This document shows, piece after piece, positions 11,967 to 26,156 of a stretch of DNA of 64,000 bases. The notes beneath the pieces are model-generated. The model did not search any database and was not told the origin of the DNA. It saw nothing but the letters and a program-made list of their open reading frames with translations. How positions within the stretch are numbered: the stretch's first letter is position 1; each line of letters opens with the position of its first letter. A program made the translations under genes and the position numbers. This DNA is from Eledone cirrhosa. Its lineage: Eukaryota. The stretch spans positions 27,838,001 through 27,902,000 of the forward strand of contig OZ024747.1 in the NCBI GenBank assembly GCA_964016885.1. The letters run 5' to 3'.

Positions 11967-14900
11967 CTACAGGCTGATATAGAGAGATGGCCCATTCACT
12001 CGGGCCATTCTCGCCACTTTCACCCACCTTTCATAAAACTTGCTGGGGTACAGCACCTCTCTCTCCATCCTGATTCTTCTTCCAAAGTGGTATTTGAAAA
12101 AAAGAATCAGTTGTTGGCTGGAGAGAAAGGTGTCTGACCTCAGCCCTTTCAACCTTGTCCACCATACAACCTCTTTCGCCATAGCTATCACACAAAGGAA
12201 AACCGCCTCTCCTTCGTTTTTGAAGGAGGGTGGCGGTTTGATCATGACAATGGACTCGGTGGTCAACCGGATTGGTCCCACCCGCGACAATAGTCGTTCT
12301 ACATAGCCCCACAGGTCAGTGACACCCGGGCAGTGTATGAATGCATGCGCGAATGAATGCATTCGTCTCGCACGCACCTCGGACAGATCTTTTTTGCAGG
12401 GTCCTTGCCCGGGCGCCCATGTCTGTAGAGCTTGTCTCAAACTGGTAGAGCTCCTCGGTAGCACTGCCAGGCCAGGGACTTTTGGAAGTTGTCCATCGGT
12501 CCCGGGCGGAAGGTCCTACTGAACAGACTGGCCAGTTCATCTTCCTCTACGCCTAGAGTTTCACCGAGCGCGTCGTCGCACTTGCTGCGGATCAACCCTC
12601 TATAGAATGACGAAGTGGAGTCTCCACTGATCGCCGGGTCCGCCTGCCAGAGGGCTGTGAGCGCCTGAGCACATTCGATGTGCCAGTCGCCCATTTTCCT
12701 CGGTCTTTGCTTGACCCAGGACTGCAGCTCGGTCAGCGAGACGAGTCGTGGGAAGGCTCGCCTCACAAACGGGGCCCACACCAGTTGTCCGGTGAGGAAT
12801 ACGTAGAGATGCCACAGCCTGAGCGCGTGTTTGCGCATTGTCAACCACGGCATCCCCAGCCCTCCGTTAGAAGGGTGTTGGCAGCAGATGGATCTTCTCA
12901 CCAAAGGAGCCCGCCTCTTCCAAAGGAATTGGAAGAGCGCGCGTTCCATTTTGGCGAGCGTTTTGGCTGGACAAGGCACGACAGTCAAGCGGTAGTAGAT
13001 GGCGGACGCTATAAAAGTGTTCGCCACCTCCACTCGATCTTTCAAGGATAGTTTGCACTCGGCCCACTTCTGGGTGAGTGCAAACACCTTGGCTGTCACT
13101 TCGTTCCAGTTCTTCTCCACCTGGAGGTCCGGACCAAACCAGACCCCGAGCAGCTTTACCGGTCCTTCTGTCCAGCGTCCGACGACGCCATCGGAAGGCA
13201 TCGGTTTGCCTCTCCACGATCCGAGTTGCAAACCGATGGACTTGTCTCGGTTCAGCTTTGCTCCTGTGAAACTTTTGTATTCCTTCAGTAAGGTGCCGAC
13301 TTCCTCGATTTGCAAGGCGCTCGACACCATTACTGTCACGTCGTCGGCGTAGGCTGACGCCGCTTTCTGCAGTCCCGGTTCCAGAGGGATGCCCTGCAAT
13401 AGCTCCAACTTCCGCAGTAGTGGCTCGAGAGTCAGTACATACAGAAGAGAGGAGAGAGGGCATCCCTGTCGAATGGATCGCATAATATGGAACGGCTCCG
13501 AGAGGTAGCCGTTCACCTTGACCCTTGAGCAGATGTTGCTGTTGTGCATTGCAGCAATCCAGCCCCTGAACACGGGTCCGAAGCCTGCCGCCTCGAGCAC
13601 CGTATCCAGGTAACGATGGTCAACCCTATCGAAAGCCTTAGACTGATCCAAGTTGATCAGGGCCCCACCGAAGCCAGGTTTACACCCTACCCTCTCTATG
13701 ATGTATTGCATGAGGTGGAGGTTGATGTGTATGGACCTGGTCGGGATTGCGCATGTCTGCGCTTCTCCCACCAGGTTCTCGACGACAAGCGCCAGCCTCT
13801 TTGCCAACATCTTGGCCAAAATCTGTAACTGTGTTTAGCAGAGTTATGGGCCGGAAGTTACCTATGTCATCCCCCTTATTCTCGTCCTTCCTGATTAGTG
13901 TGACTACGCCCCCGGTTACAGAACTGGGAATTCTCCCATTCTGTTGCCAGTTGCAGTAGACCGCTTCCAGGAGACCGGAGAATAAGTCCGGCATTGCTAC
14001 GTAAAATTCGTAGGGTAGACTGTCGTGACCTGGAGATTTGCGTTTGCCGCATTGGCTCAGCGCGTCCCCTATTTCAGCGGCTGAAATCGGCTTTTCGCAG
14101 AACTTTGCCTCGCTGTCCAAGAGTCGCGGTAGGCCGTCGAGGTATGGACCGAAATCCATAGCCCCTCCCGGCGCCGCCGCCCCACCCGAATAGTTGAGCA
14201 AAGTGCCGCTGAAAGGCCGCACACATCTGCTTCGGCTCACATATCACGCGTCCGTTTTGGTCCTTCAAAGACCGAATCGTGGACTTGTTGCCACTTTTTG
14301 CCTCCGTCACTCGGGCCCAGCTAACAGCTTTGGCTCCCTCGTTTCCCAGAGCACGTATTTTGCTTCTGACGACGCAGGTCTCGTGCTTTGCATCGAAGAA
14401 CTGGTCCAAGGCCATTCTCGTTGCTAGCACGCTGGCTACGTTGCCACTTCTAATTGCCTCTTCTACTTTATCTACTAGTTCCTTCTCGGTTCTATTTCTA
14501 TCTAACGCTAACTCTTTACTAAAAACTAACGAGTCTAATCTAACTGCCCTCTTGAGAGAGTACCACCATCTGTTGTTGACAATGGCCCCTTTCAAGTGCT
14601 GTTTAACTAAAGTGCTAATCCATCTACTGTAGGCTTTGCTTGTCGGTAACGACAAGTTCAGCTTCCAGTAGCCGGGTCTTTGTCTATGGGTTCTATCAAG
14701 GTTGGCCATGCAGGTCACTAGTTTGTGATCTGAATAGGCAACCATGAACATTTGTGGACAGCTTAACATGTCCCTATCCTTATTTCTAACTAGAACCCTA
14801 TCTAGGTATGATCTAGATGTTCCGCTACAATTACTCCACGTCCACAGTGGCGCAGTCGGAAAATCTAGTCGATATCTATCGGCCAGGTCAAATCGGTCGA

Positions 14901-15405
14901 TTAACTGTTTGAGGTTGTTACACCCCCCTTTATCGGGACATGCTCCCACATAGTCCCAACGTGCATCTAGAATTCCATTCCAGTCCCCCACTAAAAGCAA
15001 GGAGCGGGACATTCCCAAAAAAGTCTCTAGACGTTTGAAGAAGTCTGGCCGCGGTGTCCCGGATGGGGCATATGCGGCCACCAGCCTGAAGGCTCCACCT
15101 TCACTACCGCCAACGTCTAGGACCACCAGTCGACCCTCCGGGTCCAGATGTACCGTCTGTGTAACGAGGCCCAGGTGTTTCCGCCGCAAAACGGCAACTC
15201 CGCCCCCACTCCCCGGCTGACAGAGAGATGCGTAGATCTCAAAGTCATCGAAGATGGGGGCCAGCTGTCGCTCGCTGTGGATCCTGGACTTGCAAATGGC
15301 TACCACATCCATACTGTGCGACCTGAGGTCATTTAAGAGTTTGCCCTGTTTCCAGGGCATCCCCAGGCCGCGTACGTTCACACATCCAACTCTTATATTG
15401 GCCAT
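11967..15405 (-). pseudogene. Tx1 ORF2 (APE + RT + Cys/His C-terminal region), frameshifted near 14150, 13830 and 12450
   Basis: NVRGL, AYAP, GDWN, DRVL, SDHK, GYWKLN; KSPGHD, FRPITLLN, DQSKAFDRVDH, QGCPLS, YADD, LLGV; HAFIHCP, spread over four consecutive ORFs. Confidence 0.9.
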
Positions 15406-17139
15406 GTTGGTGCTGAAAAGTTAAAAGAGGAAAAGAGATCACTCACCCTTCGTCTCCTGGGGACCAGGCCGCACGATTTCCATGGGGGTGTTGAGGGGTT
15501 ATCTGGATGGGTGGTGGTTTCCGGCGGGGTGGGGACGGAGATGTCTGGTGGGGTGGGGTCTGGTGGGATGGGGGTGTCTGGGGTGGGGAGACATTTGAGA
15601 AGGACGCGGTTAAGTGGTTTCACGCAGGAATTCCCCACATCCTTCTCAAATGTTTCTTTTAGGGACCTATAAGTTTGTATAGGGACCATAATCAGTTTTA
15701 GGTTCAGTTTTTTGTTATTTTTAATAGAGTGGACGAAAGTTTTCCCTTCGGTGAAAACCGAAGGGTCGTTCGTGATGGTCTCCATTAGTGTTTTGTTTTC
15801 AGTGTTTATGTAAGTGTAAGTGTAATTTTCATGTGTTGTGTTTGTTTTTGTCTGTAGTTCTTGTGTGTGCTTTCGTTTTGTTGTAGGTATTTTGTTTTCA
15901 GGAGGTGGGGGTTTTGTTTGTGATGTTTTTGTTGTTTGTGTTGGTGGTTGTATGTTTGTGGTAGTGTTTGCTGGTTTTTTGCTTTTGTGATGTCTTTTCT
16001 TTCTTTTTGAGCGATGGTGTTCTCCCTCGTCTTCACTGGGTGATGGCGAGATAGCCTCATCTGTTGTATCGTATGTGTGATTGGGGAGGGGTGTGTTGTT
16101 TTGATGGGTGTCGGCAGAAGAGCCTTTTTTTTACTCATTAATTTAGGACAGGAAGCCCTCAGGTGACCCCTGCTAAAGCAATGGTAACATGAAGGCCGCC
16201 TACCCTCAACCGAAAAGTTTATGTAGGTGAGTCCGTCCAGGAGTACACGTTGTGGGATCATAGCTATTCGCTCTGGGCTCATTTGCACTAGAACTTCAAT
16301 GCTAGTCCCATTGAATACATCTCTGGGGGACTTTCCTACTGACAGTATTCTGTCTTCATCAAAATTGATGAAGCCGCACAGTATCCACCATATGTTCACC
16401 TTTGGTGTGACACTCGTGATTTTGATCTTTTGTGTCCTTTTTCCCATGTATGTAGGGAAAAAGGTGTACAGGTTGGATACAATTGGCGACACAGAGTAAT
16501 TTTGGGCCGTCAATTGATCCTTCATGAGTACCGAAATACTCCCAAAAAGTTTGCTTCTTTGAATGAATGCAATATCATTCATTGAATTTTTGAAAACCAG
16601 TTCACTTTCTTTCTGTGACAATTGGATTGGTTTTCGGGTAGAATTGGAAACTGTCCTAAAAACTATCGTTTTGAGAGCAGTTTCCTTGCGAATTTCTACC
16701 GGAGAATTGATGCTGAAAGCACCATTTTTTTCGAAAGTGACATATCTCCTAGCGTCCTTTAAAAGTTGTTCGGCATTTGTTATGTCGAGATATGCCAGTT
16801 CCTCCTTTTTCTGAACTGTCTGTGCAAAGGAGATTTTTGGTTTCTTTGTGGAATTATCCGTGTTGGTGGTGTTGTCATTATTGTTGTTATTGTTGTTGTT
16901 ATTCTTGTTGTCACCGATGTTGATATTATTCGTATTTTCCTTGGTGTTGGTGTTGGTGTTGTTGTCTTTGATGCTGGTGTTATTGGTGTTGTCTTTATTT
17001 TTTCTTTGTTGTTGCTATCATTGTTGTTTTTATCATCATTATTGGTGTTGCTGTTATTTTTGTTGTCATTGAACTGTTTGGTGTCATTTGTGTTGTTTGG
17101 ATATGAATTTGTTTTTACATTTTCATTTCGTCTTTCCAT
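15393..17139 (-). pseudogene. Tx1 ORF1 (gag-like), frameshifted
   Basis: VEGRRPSCYHCFSRGHLRASCP (Cx2Cx4Hx4C) with low-complexity N/T-rich and P-rich linkers. The last segment overlaps the ORF2 start. Confidence 0.8.
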
Positions 17140-17417
17140 CTCTATGGTATCTAGGGAAGAAGACGATGTTGACTGCGAGCTCTGTAGTCTTACCGACTCT
17201 CCACCACCATTATAATATTTTTTTTCTCCAAAATTCGATGGAGAAAAAATTTTTCAAACGAATATTTCGCCCCTGTAGGGGGCGAAAATGAGTTGACCCA
17301 CCACCTGAAGGTCCAGACGGGGGGTCATGTTACACAATAATATAAAATTTAACTGAAAACTCACGTTTTTTTCTTACATAAATTAACGGAAACTTCTCCG
17401 CGAAGTTACACACGTCT

Positions 17418-17734
<317 letters not shown>

Positions 17735-18299
17735 TATTTGAATTTGTGTGATGAAACAGATGTTATACTTTGGGAAGGTCAGGCTGCCAATAAAGATACA
17801 CAAACCAATTGAGTTTTACTTTGATTATATTACTAACCCATTCCTTAGTTTTGGTGGTTATTTAATAGTTAAAGCTCTTTTGGTACACATTTTGTGACCT
17901 TCTCAATGACTATTTTGGCCCTCTGTGTCTCCCCTTTATTTTGATTTTGTTCCAGTTACTCCATCTTGAGAGATATACCATAAAGAAGCCACTTTAGAAC
18001 TACTTTATTCTGGTTTATTCCAATTTATTCCGGTTATTGATTACTTTCTGTTTGAAGTCTCTACACTAAGAATATTCCAGTTTTCTTTTCTTCTTCTTCC
18101 ATCATTGTTACCACCATAATCATCAACATGATTGCTATCATCATCATCATCATCATTATCATCCATTCTTCTCCCCCACCTCCCCTTATTCTAAACTGTC
18201 CCAAGTGTCTGATACTGAAAATATTCACATTCATCAGAATTAAAACATGATAAAATGCAATGTGGTTTGTGATAAGGAAAATAGCAATAAGAATAATAA

Positions 18300-18880
18300 T
18301 GGTTTCTGATTTAGGCACAAGGCCAGCAATTTTGGGGGAGAGGAAGTTCATTAAATTGACCCCAGTGCATTACTGGTACTTTATTTTATAGACCCCATAA
18401 GGATGAAAGGCAAAGCTAACCTCAACAGGATTTGAACTCTGAATGTAAAGGGCTGGAACTATATGCCACAAAGCATATTGTCTAATACTTAGTCAATACC
18501 AATCCATGGTTTCCAGGTTAGACATAAAGCAAGCAATTTTAAGGGAGGGATGTCAATTAAATCAACCCCAGTACTTGATTGGTTCTTTATTTTGTCAAAC
18601 CTGGAAGGATGAAAAGCAGTTTACTTCAGCAGGATTTGAACTTAAAATGTAAGGAATCGGAACAAATACCACAAGGCTTTTTGTCTAATGCTCTCATGAT
18701 TCTGCCAATCTCCAGCAACAATAATGGTTTTTAACATTGGCAAAAGATGGTAGAGTTGTTAAGACATTAGATAGAATACTTTGTGATATTCATTCTAGCT
18801 CTCTGTGCTCTGACTTCAAATCCTGCCAAAGCCAACTTTGCCTTTCATCCTTTCAGGGTTGATAATATAAAGTAGCAGTC
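18300..18880. mobile_element. Cluster of three degenerate Meta-type SINEs (-, -, +)
   Basis: GGATTTGAAC (B box on -) at about 18428 and 18633; CTTCAAATCC and GCCTTTCATCCTTTCAGGGTTGATAA at about 18815-18865. Confidence 0.75.
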
Positions 18881-19059
18881 TAGGAGCAGTGGATAGCTGG
18901 CAAAAGTGTTGGAGTGTCAGACATGATGATGCCTTGCAATATCTCCTTTGGTCCTTTAAGTTCTGAGTCTGCCTGGGACATAATTTGTGTCAACTTGTTC
19001 CAGTTCAAGACTGGGATCGATTCTTCTTCTTGTATGGAAAGTGTATCTAAAATGTTGAT

Positions 19060-19115
19060 AATATGATGATGACAATGACAAAACGATGATGATAGCACCA
19101 CTACTACCACTGATA

Positions 19116-19168
<53 letters not shown>

Positions 19169-19328
19169 AATAATGGCAATGATAATGACAATGATAAGGA
19201 TGATGATGATGATGACAATGATAACAATGATAACAAGTACAATGATGACGTTGATCCCGATGACGATTATGATAAATATGATGATGATGCTGATGATGAT
19301 GATGATGTGGATGATGATGATGTGGTGA
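19060..19328. repeat. (GAT)n-rich microsatellite
   Basis: Pure and degenerate GAT/GAC/AAT triplets. Confidence 0.9.
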
Positions 19329-20769
19329 TTCTACCATTTTTGTTATCCACACACCCAGCATTGGCTTTCTCTGTAAATTAATCTTGTGTTTAATGTAGGA
19401 AACTTTAGTTACTAAATTCAATTTAAAATTGGTAAATAAATCTTCAGAAAAAGGAGGATGTATGTTAAATTCAGATGGCAATGGAAGAGGGAGGGGGGTG
19501 TAAAACCAGATTCTGTTCTGTGGATACTCTATTGAATCTCTGGAGAATATTGGCACTACCGAAATATTGGAATATTATATTATGGTTAGCAGCAATGTCA
19601 AAAATGTTAGAATATATTTGTGTCATATTATATGAGGAGGTTTATTGTGAGTGTTGGATTTAGGAGGAATATACAATTGTGGCAGTCATTTCTACTTTTT
19701 ATTCTTGCATAAAACATCACATAATTCCTGGTTATTTAAAGCTGAAATATGCCCCATGCCTTGAGACCCATCAGGCCAGAGTTTAGCCTGGTTAAATTAT
19801 AATAGTTATTTGAATAATAAAATAGTTATAAGTTGATTGATTTAGATGAAACACTAGGACAGGCAGATAAAGCGTGTTGTAATATTTGTTTTGGCTCTCT
19901 GTGCTCTATGTTGAAAACCCACTGAGGTATGCTCAGTACTAGTGCAATTCTCTCTATCTTTCCAGCTATCATATCCTGTATGTTCTGTTGGTTCAAGGGT
20001 AAGAGTGTAAAGGTGTCTGAATGCATTTAGAGCTACATGGGTACCTAAAACTATTAGAGAAAGCAAGGTACACACAACCAAGTCATCCTTGATTATGAGT
20101 GATGGCTGTAGATAGTATAATGATTAGTTTGTCTGAGAAGTAAAAAATTGAACATTTTGGATAGTTTTTCTTTAGGAGGCTATCATGAATCTAGACAACC
20201 TGCACTACCTCCAACTCTCAATCCACATTAGACTAAAATCTTGTGGATGAGAGCATGGCTGGAGATCTGATGCAAACTAGCTATAGGGGCATTTGAGGAA
20301 TATTCAGTAAGCTGCTGAGCTGGGTGAAATAAAAAAGCAACAGAAAAATATTATGAAAAACTACAGTCATAGCGACATGAAGATCAAAACAAAAATGGAA
20401 TGCACCTTACTTTAACACTGAAAACACACCACTGATTTTCAGCAGACAGTTAGTCAGTGTCACCTTAGGTGAACATTCAAAATACACTGGTCTTCAGCTG
20501 TCAGCAGTCTGTTAGTGTGTGTCACCTTAACTGAGAGTGAAAACACAGCTCCGGCCCTTGACAGTCAGAAGTATGTTGCTTTAGTTGAGCAGTAAAAATA
20601 CACCTCTGGCCATCAGCAAATGTATTTTCAGAAAAAGTATAGTTGATTAAATTGAGCATGAAATATTACTGGTACTGATTATATGATTATATTATCATTC
20701 AATGGATGGAAATAAAGTTGTTCATAGCTGGTAGTTGAACTGCCAATGCAGTATTACTATACCAGTGGA

Positions 20770-21060
20770 GGCAGGTATGGCTGTATGGTTAAGATGTTTG
20801 CTCTATAATCATGAGGTCCCACTGCATTGGATATTGGGCAAATGTTTTTACCATAGCTTTGGGTGGTTCCAAGCTTTGTGAATGAAATTAGGTAGATTGA
20901 AACTGTATGGAAACCCTATAATTCAACAGTCAAATCTTGTTATACACTGTGTAATGTTTCAGACTTATATTAAGGTTACACATGTCTGTGGAATACTCAA
21001 GCATTTACACATTAATTCATGAGGTGAATGTATATGTGATTGAACAACCAACCATCATTG
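20770..21060 (+). mobile_element. Degenerate tRNA-derived SINE of a second family
   Basis: Head GGCAGGTATGGCTGTATGGTTAAGATGTTTGCT, shared with the copy at about 58797. Confidence 0.55.
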
Positions 21061-21457
21061 CAAAACTAAACACTAAGTCTTTTAGTAAAGCAAATTCATG
21101 TGTAGTGAGGCATGTAATTGTTAAGGAATGGTAAAACCCGAAGAATGCTGATAAGAGTAGAATACCAGATAGAGAGAAAGGAGGAGAGGGAAATAAAGGA
21201 ATAGAAAGGGGGAAAGCTAGAAAAAAAATGAAAGAGAGAGTGTATTAGTTTATGCAAAATTATAATTTGAAGATAAAAGCAAAAGTGAAGTTTTGCTGAT
21301 TGAGTGAAGGAGTGATGATTGTTTAGTTGATAAGACTGAAGGGCTTGAAAAAAAGAAAAATGTATGTGTGTGTGTGCGTGCATGTGTGTGTATGGATATG
21401 TATATATATCATCATCACTGTTTAACATCTATTTCCCATGCTTACATGGGTTATATT

Positions 21458-21518
<61 letters not shown>

Positions 21519-21819
21519 CTTAACAACAAGCAGTTTAAAGCCAAAGCAGGAGTTAAACTTGCAGAGCCCCATGATAGGCTTAATCATTATAGTGTTTGTT
21601 TTTCAATGGAATGTTATACAGAGTAATGTCTTTCCAGGCAACAACCCTTTTATCTCCTCTTACAACATGCAAGGATGCATGGTACTATTCTAAATTGGAT
21701 ACACATGGTGTGTGTGATGGTAATTTAAGCACTTACTCTATCATAATATAATAATACGTATTTTTTATATATATATAAAATAGACGTATTATTATATTAC
21801 ACTCTACAAGTGTAGTGAA

Positions 21820-21995
21820 TTGGCAGTATCGGTAGAGGGTCGGACATGCTGTCCAGCATAGTTACGTCCCTTTACGATCTGAGTTCAAATCCCGCCAAGG
21901 TTAACTTTGCCTTTCATCCTTATGGGGTCGATAAAATAAAGTACCAGTAACGTACTGGGTAATTGCTGGCCTTGTGCCAAAAGTAGAAACAATTA
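21820..21995 (+). mobile_element. Meta-type SINE
   Basis: Near-identical to the 1793 copy. Confidence 0.85.
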
Positions 21996-22346
21996 TTATA
22001 TTACACTCTGTCTAGCTCTACACCTCGCTACTGACATGAACCTAAACATCGAGTGCTCACCTGAGTGAACCTACAGTAACTTCACGTTATACTCCCTATA
22101 TATATATACATATATATATAATTTAATTTGGGGTCTAATCAATACATATAAAATATATATAGATAACGTTTCTCAGTAAAAGCTCAATAAACTTTTGTTT
22201 AGAGCATCCATAATATAAAATAAAATACCGTTATATGAATAATGTGATTTATTTAACACCTTAAATTGTATTTGTTTCTATATGTTTATATGTATTAAAG
22301 CCTGGTTAGTTTCTCAATTGATATATCTCTATATATCATTTAAAAT

Positions 22347-22435
<89 letters not shown>

Positions 22436-22644
22436 CATATATATGTATGTAATGTATGTATATATACCTTCTCAGCTCACATACCACAACAAATATATTT
22501 TTTGTCACATCACCAGTCTGACAAGCAGATTGATACTGGAATCAAAGGGGTAACTTGAGCCAATCCTCTGCAAAACGGGCATAACAGGTCGTCGATACAC
22601 AATAAATATTTTTTATATGTCGACAAAACTTCCTCGTTTTTTAT

Positions 22645-24984
22645 GAGGCAGTTAAGGCCAAGAGACAGGTATGGAAAGAATGGAAGAACGGGGGGAGCAG
22701 GGTACATTACATAGAGACCAAGAGCGAAGCTAGGCGACAAGTATACTTAGCTAGGAGGGAAGCAGAGGATAGAAAATTCAAACATGTTTTGCAACGTGAG
22801 GTCCAGAAACAGGAGGTATTCAAGATTGCGAGGCAGTGTGTCAGAGATAGTTGTGATGTCACTGGAGAGAAGTGTATCCAGAATGATAAAGGTGAGCTTG
22901 CCCTCACAAGTGCTGAGAAGAAAGATGCATGGAAGAGTCATTATGATAGATTACTAAATGAGGAGAATGCATGGGAAGAAGAGACCCTACCCCAAGTAGA
23001 CCCTATAGAGGGGCCAGCAGTACAAGTCAGCAGCAGCGTAGTAAGTAAGGCAATCAAAGATATGAAGATGGGGAAGGCAACCGGTCCATCGGGTATAGCT
23101 GCCGAGATGCTGAAGGCATCTGGGTCTGTAGGTCTCACCATAACCCCACGTATTGTTAACCAGGTAATACTAGAAGGTGTCATACCAAAAGATTGGTGCA
23201 GTAGCATCATTGTCAACTGCTACAAAGGTAAAGGTGATGCACTAGATAGAGGAAACTATAGAGGTAAAAAGCTGATGGACCAGGTCATGAAAGTAACAGA
23301 AAGAGTTATAGCACAGTTGATTAGGGACCGGGTGAAACTAGATGAGATGCAATTTGGGTTTGTACCAGGAAGAGGCACCACTGATGCCCTCTTCCTTGTG
23401 AGGCAGTTACAGGAAAAGTACCTAGCTAAAAGTAAGCCACTCTACCTGGCATTCGTCGATCTCGAGAAAGCCTTTGACAGAGTTCCACGTGCTGTAATCT
23501 GGTGGGCTCTTAGAAAACTAGGAGTAGATGAATGGCTTGTGAAAGCTGTACAAGCCATGTATAGGGGAGCAGTCAGCAAAGTTAGGATTAGCAATGAGTA
23601 TAGCGAGGAATTTAGCGTACAGGTTGGGGTCCACCAGGGCTCTGTTCTTAGCACTCTCCTGTTCATCATAGTCCTGCAGGCAATAACGGAGGAGTTTAAG
23701 ACCGGATGCCCATGGAAACTCCTGTATGCTGATGACCTCGCACTTATAGCTGAATCTATGGTAGAACTAGAGAAGAAAATCCAAACTTGGAAGCAGGGAC
23801 TAGAAAGAAAGGGTCTCAAAGTCAACATGACAAAGACTAAGATCCTTGTAAGTAGACGAGAAAACAGAACCCAGATCCCCCCAAGGAAATGGCCTTGCTC
23901 AGTATGTAGGAAAGGTGTAGGTAGGAACTCCATTCTCTGCCCCAAATGCAAACAATGGGTACACAAGAGATGTAGCGGGATCTCAGGAAGCTTAATTAAG
24001 AATGTAGGCTTCACATGCAGCAGCTGTACTGGGACAGCAAGCAGCAAACAGCCACAGGAAACAAGTACCACCAATCTCTGGGAGGGCTCTGTAGAGACAG
24101 TAGACAGCTTCTGCTACCTAGGTGACCGAATTAGCAGCGGAGGTGGGTGTTCAGAAAGTACAATAACTAGGGTAAGAACGGGATGGAAGAAGTTCAGGGA
24201 ACTACTACGACTGCTAGCTGCAACAGGCTTCTCCCTCAAAATGAAAGGCAGACTGTATGATGCGTGTATCCGAACAGCAATGTTACATGGTAGTGAGACC
24301 TGGGCACTGAAGGTGGAAGACTTACGTAGATTAGAGAGAAACGAAGCCTGCATGCTCCGATGGATGTGTAATAGTAATATACGCGAATGACAAAGCATAA
24401 ATGAATTGAGAGAGAGTCTGAGCATAAGAGGAATCAAATGCTGTGTGCAGGAGAGGCGGCTGTGTTGGTATGGACATGTGATGCGTATGAAGGATGACAG
24501 CTGCATAAAAAGGTGCAGAGCACTAGAAGTCGATGGAAACCGCGGAGTGGGGAGACCCAAGATGACCTGGGATGAGGTGATAAAAGTCGACCTTACCCAA
24601 TTACACCTCTCAAAGGCGATGATACACGACCGTGACCTCTGGCGTTATGCAGTAATACAGAGTACCCGACCTCCCATGGGTACAAGCTGAAGCATATAGA
24701 TAATATGCCCCCACACCCTCTCACTGCAAGGTGGTCGTGGAGGTGCCACGGCAAAAAAGCACCCAACCCACACTGTAAAGTGGACGTGTAGGCGCCACGA
24801 AAAAGCACCCAGCACTCACTGTAAATAGGAAGGGCATCCAGCTGTAGAAATCAAGCCAAATCAGTTCCTGTATGAGCAAGGCATGGGCAGCCGACCAGAC
24901 ACTGCCCACGACAGGACAACCCATCTAACCCATGCTAGCGTGGAAGAACGGACGTAAAGCGGTGATGATGATGATGATGATGAT
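22645..24984 (+). mobile_element. RTE LINE, 5'-truncated, RT + PHD region with a premature stop at 24388
   Basis: The 533-aa and 94-aa ORFs are colinear with the 943-aa RTE ORF (FVDLEKAFD, YADD, CSVC..CPKC..HKRC..CSSC); (GAT)n tail. Confidence 0.93.
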
Positions 24985-25659
24985 ATAGGAAAAAGAAGTT
25001 GAAAATGCAATTGGAGTCTTTAAGAAGGTTTATTTAAAATTATTTATAAGTTTACCAATTTCACAAGTTTCATGATTTTCAAAAGTTAAGAGAGATGGAG
25101 AGAAATGTGGCTTTGCTGAAATGTTATAGTCATGTAGAAGCCATTTCTATACTAAATTTTGTTGTATACATTCTACTAATGTATTGAGTACCTTACTTTC
25201 TATGGTTACTCCCGATTGAACCTGGGGTTTACACACACATATATTCAAATGGGTGTTTAAAATAGTATAGTACTTAAAATATTTAAACATTCACTGAATG
25301 AGCACTCAATACGTGTGGATAGAGGGTAAATGTTGTTTTCTAAATAAAAGAGTGGCAGTGTCTTCAAAGTTTCAGCAAACATAGTACAATGCTCTTCCAT
25401 AACTCTCTTCTGTAGACATAAACAGAGATATATATTTCTAAATATACAAACATACACTTAACAATTTATGAAGGTCTATGAACCCTATTATAGACTGCAC
25501 TTTCTCTCTATCTCTCTTACACACACACACACAGACTCTCTCTCTTTCTCTCTCACACATACTCTCTCTCTCTTCCTTTCTCTTCTGTCTATCTGTTTGT
25601 CTTTCCCCCTCTCTCCTTTGTCTGTTTATCTGCCTATCTTTCTCCCTTTCCCTTCTCTT

Positions 25660-25960
25660 TCTCCCCACACACCACCAAACAAATAATTTAAACATATTTC
25701 CACAGTTCACATCTCTCTCTCTGTCTCCCTCTTTCCCCCACATCTCTCTCTCTCTCTCTCTCTTTCTCTTCCTCTTTCCCCACATCTCTCTCTCTCTCTC
25801 TCCCCACACCACCAAACAAATAATTTAAACATATTTCCTACATTTCACATTTCTTTTCTCTCTCCTTCTCCCCCCTCTCTCTCTTACATCATTATTCTCT
25901 CTCTCTCTCTCTCTCCCCACACCACCAAACAAATAATTTAAACATATTTCCAACATTTCA
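25660..25960. repeat. Three copies of a ~37-bp unit separated by (CT)n tracts
   Basis: CCCCACACCACCAAACAAATAATTTAAACATATTTCC at about 25663, 25802 and 25914. Confidence 0.85.
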
Positions 25961-26156
25961 CATCCTATTTCAACATTTGATCCTTTCCTTATATTTTCAT
26001 TTCCCTCTCATTTCATCTTTTTTTTTTATTTTATTATTTTAGTTATATTTTGTGTATTTGTTATTTTATCACTTTTTTTTTTTTGTAAAAAAATTTTTTG
26101 TTTGCTCTTTTGGAACCAAGCGGCCTAAAACCACCCCTGTTTTTTTGAAAGTGTTT

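Larger units (their letters stand above)
11729..17417 (-). mobile_element. Full-length Tx1-clade (L1-like) LINE with frameshifts
   Basis: ORF1 with a CCHC knuckle, ORF2 with APE and RT, AATAAA near the 3' end, (GATA)n on both sides. Confidence 0.92.

Noticed and set aside
22509-22645. Unique segment 5' of the second RTE, considered as an HDV-like ribozyme or inverted 5' piece
   Set aside because: I could not build the nested double pseudoknot or align it to the RTE by eye.
25660-25960. Repeat-spacer pattern of 37-bp units
   Set aside because: The spacers are (CT)n-rich variants of each other; this is a simple tandem triplication.
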